Below, in pieces: positions 37,562 through 43,772 of a stretch of DNA of 64,000 nucleotides. Positions within the stretch are counted from its first letter, which is position 1; the number at the start of each line of letters is the position of its first letter. The notes under the pieces were generated by a model. That model was not told the DNA's origin. It saw nothing but the letters and a program-made list of their open reading frames with translations, and searched no databases. This DNA comes from a virus. Lineage: Duplodnaviria > Caudoviricetes. The position numbers and the translations under genes are program-made. The stretch is from IMG/VR virus record IMGVR_UViG_3300005805_000082, positions 4,826 to 68,825 of that record. One strand, given 5' to 3'.

Positions 37562-37638
37562 TTTCTTCTTGGTTTGAGTGTTACAAAAAAGATGACGTTC
37601 GCTAGGATAAAACCTACAGAGGTGCTGAAGACTATCAT
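37558..37638 (-). CDS. 26-aa membrane peptide
   Basis: MIVFSTSVGFILANVIFFVTLKPRRK. Confidence 0.45.
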   Translation of the reverse strand: MIVFSTSVGFILANVIFFVTLKPRRK

Positions 37639-37644
37639 GCCGTA

Positions 37645-37980
37645 CTAGTTGAAGAGTGTTTTGGCTGTATCAAATGTGGCAAAACGTTGGTCATAGTTCG
37701 GGAGGTCATACTCAAAGCCGAATGCAGTGTCTATGTAGTCATCAACGCTAGAGAATGTATTGTATGAGTACTCAACATCTCCATGGTCATAATGGAAGGA
37801 AACTACATGACCGTTGGAAAGCCTCAAGAAGAGGTGATAGAACCCGCCTCCTGAACCATACCCTACAACCTCCTCTACATCGTTGTGAAGGTTGAGGTCA
37901 AGGATTTGAGGGTTGTACTCTGCCATAGTTTTGGTGAGTGACTGCTCATCTAGGAGAATAGAAAACTGATGCTTTGTCAT
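37645..37980 (-). CDS. Hypothetical acidic early protein
   Basis: ACAC leader; starts 19 nt after the hammerhead cut site. Confidence 0.65.
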   Translation of the reverse strand: MTKHQFSILLDEQSLTKTMAEYNPQILDLNLHNDVEEVVGYGSGGGFYHLFLRLSNGHVVSFHYDHGDVEYSYNTFSSVDDYIDTAFGFEYDLPNYDQRFATFDTAKTLFN

Positions 37981-37993
37981 TGTGTGTGTTATT

Positions 37994-38045
37994 GGTTAAG
38001 ACCTCCCGTAGGAGGTTTCGCCTAGTGAAGGCTCATCAGTTAACC
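37994..38045 (-). ncRNA. Type I hammerhead ribozyme
   Basis: GGUUAA-CUGAUGA-GCCU(UCACU)AGGC-GAAA-CCUCC(UACG)GGAGG-UC/UUAACC; complete core and three stems. Confidence 0.93.
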
Positions 38046-38239
38046 TTTGTGGACTCAATTAGGGAATAATACTTGTCATACAGTTCATTGAAAATATCTT
38101 GAGCCTCTTCGGTGTATTTTGCACCGCCATCGCATTCCTCCCAAATAACAATAGAGTCCTGCCATTTTTTTTGCAATTCGTAGTCTGCTAGTTCGGATGC
38201 CAATTCAACTGCGTTGATGGTTAGTTCATGTAAGTTCAT
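38036..38239 (-). CDS. 67-aa acidic early protein flanked by ribozymes
   Basis: MNLHELTINAVELASELADYEL...; ATG 38239 has an ACAC leader (track start 38272 lies in the twister). Confidence 0.7.
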   Translation of the reverse strand: MNLHELTINAVELASELADYELQKKWQDSIVIWEECDGGAKYTEEAQDIFNELYDKYYSLIESTKVN

Positions 38240-38259
38240 TGTGTGTGTGATTTGTGTGT

Positions 38260-38322
38260 AACCTCTCTGCATTCATAGAGACTTGAGACTCTCACCCCTG
38301 GACGGGCGTGGTTGCATTAGTT
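38260..38322 (-). ncRNA. Twister ribozyme (type P1, with P3)
   Basis: P1 AAC/GUU, UAA, P2 UGCA/UGCA, P3 CAC-CCC/GGG-GUG, P4 AGAG/CUCU with loop UCUCAAGU, pseudoknots AC:GU and CUC:GAG, catalytic GA. Confidence 0.88.
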
Positions 38323-38561
38323 TCTCACCCTTTAGCCTCACGACTACGCTGAAAACCTAAGTGATAGATCAAAGTAGGTTGCGAAGGGCGGGTTACTCGC
38401 ACATCCTAGAGGATGCCATGTCGTTTACTGATTGTGCCTACTCTCAAACGATTTACATCGTGTGCTTTTCTTCGTGTGTGGGTTGCCTGAGGGCAGAGCC
38501 GTTTATCACAAAGGTTCAACTAGACAATGTTGCTTTCACTCCGTATTTTCAAAGAACTGCA
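38323..38561 (-). ncRNA. Structured 5' leader RNA of early transcript with boxA-like element
   Basis: Nested stems; GTTCTTTGAAAA at 38546-38557. Confidence 0.55.
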
Positions 38562-38747
38562 ATAGCAATAACTAAAACAATAATATCGAGAGCTAAATTC
38601 TAGAGAAAATATTTAACCGCAAAATGTGGATTAAAATACAGCGACAAAAAACGGTAGACAAATCCTCTACAAACCAGTCATAACAACAACGAAAACGTTT
38701 TCGTGATTTTATGTAAAAATGTTTTTCAGTAGATATTGTGTAAATCT

Positions 38748-39017
38748 TTAAGATAGGGTTTTGAGATATTTATTCAACCTCAAATCATCTATGTAAAACA
38801 TATGACAAAGGGCAACAAACTGAGGATCTTCTTCGCCATTGTACTGCATCAGGAGACGGACAAAATCATCCTCATTTTTAGCTTCAATCTCAGTGATTAA
38901 TTTCTTCAGGTCTTTTACTACGTTTTGCTTTGCGGACTCAAAAATTGTGTTCATGTGGTCAGTTTTGGTGACGGGCAAAATATATGAAACCAAGTATTCT
39001 GGATTAGGGGTTTTCAC
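38748..39017 (-). CDS. Hypothetical protein
   Basis: Coupled to upstream HTH gene. Confidence 0.55.
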   Translation of the reverse strand: MKTPNPEYLVSYILPVTKTDHMNTIFESAKQNVVKDLKKLITEIEAKNEDDFVRLLMQYNGEEDPQFVALCHMFYIDDLRLNKYLKTLS

Positions 39018-39047
39018 GTACTTTCAAATGGGGCAGTTCGGGGGAAA

Positions 39048-39371
39048 CTACAGTCTTCTATTGAGCAGATATCTCCTAACACCTGAGAGATAGTCTCTAC
39101 CCTTATAGGTAAGAGAATACACAAGACCTTCACGCTTTATAAATTCAATATCACAGAGAAACTTCAGCGACCGATTCACATACACGTAGGAGACGGTATA
39201 AAAGCATGAGGCAGCGTGTGAGAGGATAGTGGTAACCCTAGGGGTATTCAAATAACGTATGGCATAAAGCACAAAGGTCTCACACTGATTGAGGGGACGG
39301 GATGACCCATACTTACGGGAGTAGAGATCATTGGCTTTGCCGTAGAGGAAAACGTACTTGTCTATCTTCAT
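39048..39371 (-). CDS. Winged-helix (MarR-like) DNA-binding protein
   Basis: LN..ETFVLYAI...VNRSLKFL....FIKRE...YSLT.KGR. Confidence 0.65.
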   Translation of the reverse strand: MKIDKYVFLYGKANDLYSRKYGSSRPLNQCETFVLYAIRYLNTPRVTTILSHAASCFYTVSYVYVNRSLKFLCDIEFIKREGLVYSLTYKGRDYLSGVRRYLLNRRL

Positions 39372-39804
39372 GGGTAAAGGGATATGCTTACTAATTGGGT
39401 TCAGTGGTCAACATATATATTGACAGAGGTTTGCATAGGTATTGAGGACGAAAGAGGGAAGGGGTGGCTGCTGTGGTTTAACACTCACACTCACGGAACT
39501 GCCCCGTTCCCCCGCATCCGATTGGCTCATAGGATTCCAATTTCCCGTTCATTGTCACATGGCTCAGTTCCCTTTTCGGTTGTCGGAATGATAAGTTGCT
39601 GTGGCTCAAGCGTTTTCGGTTTCTTGCTCATTTATGCTACATAAATTTTGTGTGACAATTATCGATTTTGGAATGGCCATTTTGACCCCCACCCACTCGC
39701 AAATCCGCAGTTCGCATCGGTCAGTCGCCCAGGGTCTTTCAGTATATTACCCCCACTTCTCGCCCACATACAACCCTCACAAATTTCCACGGCTTTCTGT
39801 GAGC

Positions 39805-40044
39805 TCATTGCGGGCTAACTTGGGCATTATCTGGCGCCTCGCCATTAGCTATCTTAATCCAGGATATCCTCTCTTCTAAGCACCTGTAATAGGTCACCAT
39901 GGCGCCATGCTGTATATTGATCATAGATATCTGGACTGTAGATATTTTAGATAATTGATCGCCATCTACTAATTGCTCTAGCTTTTTAATCTTCTTTAGT
40001 AGCTCATCTTTCTCCTTATGCAGTCTGTCGATGTACGTATCCAT
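39805..40044 (-). CDS. Small helical phage protein resembling the crAss001 gp48 family
   Basis: YIDRL..EKDEL..KI.KL...Q..M..Q..AM..Y...LEERI. Confidence 0.65.
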   Translation of the reverse strand: MDTYIDRLHKEKDELLKKIKKLEQLVDGDQLSKISTVQISMINIQHGAMVTYYRCLEERISWIKIANGEAPDNAQVSPQ

Positions 40045-40105
40045 AGTTTATCTCTTTTGGTTTTGGCGTAGTATATCACCGTTATTCTGGCGTTAATTAA
40101 ACTTG

Positions 40106-40248
40106 TAGAACAGGCAGGACTCGAACCTGCATGGTGGCTTTCCGAGAAGCGTCCTCCGATAACTCACGTTACCCCGACCACTATCCACCGCCTTGTTTAG
40201 CTGCGTCTACCACGACCGGGGACACCCCGATCCTTCCGCCACTGTTCT
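40106..40248 (-). ncRNA. Expanded tRNA-like RNA (Leu-type D arm, no canonical anticodon arm)
   Basis: AGAACAG/CTGTTCT acceptor, TGGCGGAA...TGGTAGACGC D arm with inserted hairpin, GCAGG-TTCGAGT-CCTGC T arm, A73; 143 nt. Confidence 0.7.
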
Positions 40249-40330
40249 ATGTGCCTGTCTTTCCAAGCTGTCAGATAAGTTCTCCAGCTTAATGGACTGG
40301 ATGCCATGTAGGGAGATTATCATTTCTCCG

Positions 40331-40414
40331 CAGAACAGAAGGGAGTCGAACCCTTGTAAGTAGTGCACTACCTATCTACATCGTAGACTGCGGACCACTT
40401 TCCGCAACTGTTCT
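40331..40414 (-). ncRNA. tRNA-like RNA with long variable arm and closed anticodon hairpin
   Basis: AGAACAG/CTGTTCT acceptor, GCGGA/TCCGC D stem, GTCTAC-GAT-GTAGAT, AGGTAG-TGCA-CTACTT, AAGGG-TTCGACT-CCCTT, G73; 84 nt. Confidence 0.7.
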
Positions 40415-40591
40415 ATGTCCCCACTTTCGTGGGCACTTCTGGATTTGCTCCTGAGTCTGCAAACTCACCTGTATAAGACCTACAAATGGGAGTCATACAG
40501 CGAAGATAAACGGCCAACTCTCTAAAATATTTTGTTATCATCAAATGTTCATAAGTTTCAAATCATAATAGATAGCTTCCTAAATTCGCCA

Positions 40592-40805
40592 TCCTGGTTC
40601 CACCTGCTAGGGTCGGGGTCCAGTCAAAACCCCAAGCTAGGTTTATCCGAGGACGGAATGTTTAAGCTGATAGCAGGAGCGACAGTGATCCACTCACTGA
40701 CCGAAAGGTAGCTGCGGTGACGGAGTACGAGGAACTCAGGAGCAGTTTAATCGAACAGGGCTTTCCTTTTAAGCGAAGCTGTGTTCTGAAATACTTCAGA
40801 ATCTT
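40592..40805 (+). ncRNA. Structured 5' leader RNA of late transcript
   Basis: Follows TAAATTCG (40581-40588); nested stems TCCTG.GTTCC/GGAAC.CAGGA, CCTGCTA/TAGCAGG, CAGTGA/TCACTG, ACC-GAAA-GGT. Confidence 0.55.
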
Positions 40806-41313
40806 GGAGCAGTTTAATCCTAGAAAGTTTAGAAGAGAGTCACACCAAGACTCAGACCTCATATGCAGGTTGGAAGCCATCAGGCTATTCTACCATCACC
40901 CCACCTACAAAGCTGTACTAGCAGAAGACTACTACCCTGAAGATGAAGAGGTGCAGTACAAAGCTGACATCGCCCTGGTCAATAGGGTGACTGGCGCACA
41001 CGAACACTGCCTGGAGGTGGAGATGAAACGGTCGTGGGTCGATGAGTTCCCCTACAAGGACATTCAGTTCCTGCCCAGGAAGAAGGAGAAGTGGGACGAC
41101 CCCAAGTTCACCTTTGGCAAGCCTACCCACTGGGTCCTGTTCAATCGGGATGCCTCCCAGCACCTTGTGATTTTTGATAGTGTAATTCGGAATATTTCCG
41201 ATGTACGCATGGTAAGTTGCCAGGTTCGGGGTCTTGAGGAGCTCTATACCATCCCTACCAAGTTTGCCTATCTCAACTACCTTAATGAAAAAACATACGA
41301 AGATTTACCTTGA
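40717..41313 (+). CDS. PD-(D/E)xK-like nuclease; true start probably downstream of 40717
   Basis: ADIAL...LEVEMK; the N-terminal ~30 codons overlap a structured RNA. Confidence 0.6.
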   Translation: MTEYEELRSSLIEQGFPFKRSCVLKYFRILEQFNPRKFRRESHQDSDLICRLEAIRLFYHHPTYKAVLAEDYYPEDEEVQYKADIALVNRVTGAHEHCLEVEMKRSWVDEFPYKDIQFLPRKKEKWDDPKFTFGKPTHWVLFNRDASQHLVIFDSVIRNISDVRMVSCQVRGLEELYTIPTKFAYLNYLNEKTYEDLP

Positions 41314-41539
41314 TTACTTTGGGTATGTGTTGGATGACTTTATTCCTTGTGAGGTTTGTTCCTCCCGAGCTGTTGACATTCATCATATTGATTGCCGGGG
41401 TATGGGTGGCGGAAAAACTAAAGACAAGATCGAGAACCTGATGGCTCTGTGCAGATCCTGCCACTTAGAGTATGGCGACAAGAAGCAGCACATGGACATG
41501 CTTGTTGATAAGCATGCGGACAAATTAGGCAGGAACTAA
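41285..41539 (+). CDS. HNH endonuclease
   Basis: CEVC...DIHHI...NLMALCRSCH. Confidence 0.88.
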   Translation: MKKHTKIYLDYFGYVLDDFIPCEVCSSRAVDIHHIDCRGMGGGKTKDKIENLMALCRSCHLEYGDKKQHMDMLVDKHADKLGRN

Positions 41540-41550
41540 ACAAACTTGTT

Positions 41551-41558
41551 TACCTTTG
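41551..41558 (+). promoter_or_regulatory. TAnnTTTG promoter element (TACCTTTG)
   Basis: Exact consensus in intergenic region. Confidence 0.5.
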
Positions 41559-41597
41559 CCTCGAACAAATCTTTCTTTACTTTCATGTATTCCGAAG

Positions 41598-41625
41598 ACC
41601 CTGGAGTGATCCAGGGTTTTTGTTT
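41598..41625 (+). terminator. Intrinsic terminator
   Basis: ACCCTGGA-GTGA-TCCAGGGT followed by TTTT. Confidence 0.7.
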
Positions 41626-41662
41626 AACATACCATTAGAATATAACTCTCTATTTTAGCGTC

Positions 41663-42331
41663 ATGATATTACTCCTCATCTCGCTATTCACCATCCAATC
41701 CATACCAACTCCTGCAGGATACACGAGAGTCCAGGCAGTAGGATTCGGAGAGTACCTCAGGAATGTTGCCCTGAAATCTGACAAGACCGTTTACCTGTAC
41801 AACGGAAAGAAGAAACAAAACCAAGAAGCTCAGTATGCAGTGCTAGATGTGTCTGTTGGTAACGAAGATCTGCAGCAGTGCGCTGATGCTGTAATGAGAC
41901 TCCGTGCCGAGTATCTATTCAGGTCCAAGCAGTACGACAAGATTGTATTCAACAGCGTCAGTGGTAAACCAATCAAGTTCAATCCGCCAAATGACTACGG
42001 CCATCTGCTCAAGCACATGGATATTGTCTACAGGGTCTGTAACAGCTGGAGCCTTGAGAGAGACATGAAACCTAAACGTATTCAGGATGTAGAGATCGGT
42101 GATGTCCTGATCAAGGGTGGGTTCCCTGGACATGTGGTGATTGTTGTTGATGTGGCGGTAAACAAGAAAGGAGAGAAGGTATTCATGCTAGCCCAATCTT
42201 ATATGCCAGCACAAGATATTCATATACTCAATGGTGAAGACGGGCCATGGTATCACGCCCGAGAGGGAGTCATCGATACCCCCGAGTATACGTTCTACTC
42301 TAACCAACTAAAAACATGGGCTCCTTTGTAG
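41663..42331 (+). CDS. DUF4846-like secreted protein (Cys-His papain-like fold)
   Basis: Signal peptide; P.GY.RV...F..YLR...K.NQ..QYAVLD..VG..DLQQCADAVMRLRAEYL, PGHVV. Confidence 0.8.
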   Translation: MILLLISLFTIQSIPTPAGYTRVQAVGFGEYLRNVALKSDKTVYLYNGKKKQNQEAQYAVLDVSVGNEDLQQCADAVMRLRAEYLFRSKQYDKIVFNSVSGKPIKFNPPNDYGHLLKHMDIVYRVCNSWSLERDMKPKRIQDVEIGDVLIKGGFPGHVVIVVDVAVNKKGEKVFMLAQSYMPAQDIHILNGEDGPWYHAREGVIDTPEYTFYSNQLKTWAPL

Positions 42332-42398
42332 GAGCCTTTTGTTTATATCTATGTGGACAACTACGAATGAAGTCGTAGTTCGTGTCTAACTTAGATGC

Positions 42399-42956
42399 AT
42401 GCAATCCCCAACCCGAATAATCGTATCTGTTGAGAAGAAGTTCAACGATGAAACCAAGTCAGGTTTCTACATTGACACGAGCTTCAAGCCGGAGCACCAT
42501 GTGGTTATTTCCGGCAAGGTAATCGCTACCGCCAAACGACTCCCCAAAGATTTTGACAAGCCAGGATTCTACGACACCGTAGAGATCGGAGACAAGCTGT
42601 ACTTCCACTACCTAGTTGTGTTAGATCCAGAATGCTCACTCGGTAACGACCTGTACATTGTGGATTACTTCCAGGCACTAGCCACTGTCAGAGGCGGTAA
42701 GACATACCCTGTTGGCGAGCATATTCTCATTGAGCCCATGGAGGAGGAGGTGACACACAGCACTCTTATTATCCCAGACATAGCCAAGAAGAAAGAACTA
42801 AACCGTGGACGTGTATATGCGTCTAATGATCCTGATATACCTGAAGGTTCTATTGTCGAATTTGACGAGCATGGAAAGTTTGAGAATGAGATTGAAGGCA
42901 AAAGGCTTTTTGTAATGTACAACTCAAACATCATGTATATCCATGAAAAAAAATAA
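42399..42956 (+). CDS. GroES-like co-chaperonin (tandem domain)
   Basis: PVGEHILIEP..EE..S.LIIPD..K...GRV.A; related N-terminal half. Confidence 0.7.
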   Translation: MQSPTRIIVSVEKKFNDETKSGFYIDTSFKPEHHVVISGKVIATAKRLPKDFDKPGFYDTVEIGDKLYFHYLVVLDPECSLGNDLYIVDYFQALATVRGGKTYPVGEHILIEPMEEEVTHSTLIIPDIAKKKELNRGRVYASNDPDIPEGSIVEFDEHGKFENEIEGKRLFVMYNSNIMYIHEKK

Positions 42957-43317
42957 ATATATAAAGGAGATAGCAAAGAACCTGCCCGTGGTAATGGACC
43001 AGACCGTTTCGGGTTTCTACATGGACTTTGACGAGAATGGAGAAGAGAAGATCTATCCCAACCTTGTGTCTCACCCCATCAACCATGAAAGGAGAATCCG
43101 TAAAGCCTACGAGACTCTCGGCATGGAAGGTGTCAAACAATATTTACATAAAATCTATACCCTACAAAATGAATATCTACAACACTTACAAAGAGTACAA
43201 CAGCAGGAACTACCAATGGATAATCAGACTGTGGACCCTGTCACTGGATCTGCTGATAGTCAACCTGAAGTTCAGGATCCCAACACAGATAACCAAGAAG
43301 TCTCTAGCGCAGATTGA
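42943..43317 (+). CDS. Hypothetical protein
   Basis: NH.RRIRKAY motif; coupled operon. Confidence 0.5.
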   Translation: MKKNKYIKEIAKNLPVVMDQTVSGFYMDFDENGEEKIYPNLVSHPINHERRIRKAYETLGMEGVKQYLHKIYTLQNEYLQHLQRVQQQELPMDNQTVDPVTGSADSQPEVQDPNTDNQEVSSAD

Positions 43318-43417
43318 AGCTGAGAACGAAGTTATCCGTAAGGCCCTTGACGAGTTCTTTAACAAGAGTAAAAAGAAAGCAGCCAAGAAGGCGACAAAGA
43401 AGAAGAGTGCCAATTAG
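43169..43417 (+). CDS. Small protein with Lys-rich C-terminus
   Basis: ATG 43169 in track ORF 43028. Confidence 0.45.
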   Translation: MNIYNTYKEYNSRNYQWIIRLWTLSLDLLIVNLKFRIPTQITKKSLAQIEAENEVIRKALDEFFNKSKKKAAKKATKKKSAN

Positions 43418-43772
43418 TGGATGTGCAGTAGAGTCCCTATTTGATTTCATGGCGATGAGTAAGGGATTTGTTGTTTCCGCCCCCCGAACTGAGAAGGCTC
43501 AGTACGACAGAATACTTGACACTTCCAAAAGGCTGTACCGAGTACAGATAAAAGCCAGAAGAGGTAATGGCGCCAAATCAATCGTGGTACGAGTGAAGAG
43601 GTCGCAGAACCAAGTGTATACCATCAAGGACGCAGACATCATTGCTCTCTATATTGAAGACATTGACTCCTGGTACTTTATCCCTGTTGCCAAGTGTAAA
43701 CACATCTTCAGGCTGAACATTGACAAGGACAAGCTAGATACCTACAAAAACAACTGGACTATATTCAAGTGA
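43314..43772 (+). CDS. PD-(D/E)xK endonuclease (PDDEXK_5-like); true start likely near 43410
   Basis: G..VE..F...G..VS.P....YD.I.D...LYRVQIK. Confidence 0.75.
   Translation: MKLRTKLSVRPLTSSLTRVKRKQPRRRQRRRVPISGCAVESLFDFMAMSKGFVVSAPRTEKAQYDRILDTSKRLYRVQIKARRGNGAKSIVVRVKRSQNQVYTIKDADIIALYIEDIDSWYFIPVAKCKHIFRLNIDKDKLDTYKNNWTIFK

Noticed and set aside
38400-38445. Hatchet ribozyme-like string AATCAGTAA..ACATG in the early leader
   Set aside because: The complementary strands needed for P1 and P2 are absent
38361-38603. Plus-strand 80-aa ORF
   Set aside because: Antisense to the structured early leader, with no protein-like features
39384-39879. Plus-strand ORFs 39384-39644 and 39601-39879
   Set aside because: Atypical composition, no motifs, and opposite to neighbouring genes; probably non-coding
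40106-40248. tmRNA or group I intron-containing tRNA
   Set aside because: No G3-U70 alanine identity or tag ORF, and the inserts are far too short for a self-splicing intron
40331-40414. Selenocysteine tRNA or ordinary tRNA-Ile(GAT)
   Set aside because: No TCA anticodon; GAT sits in a paired 3-nt loop without U33, and the long variable arm is not Ile-like
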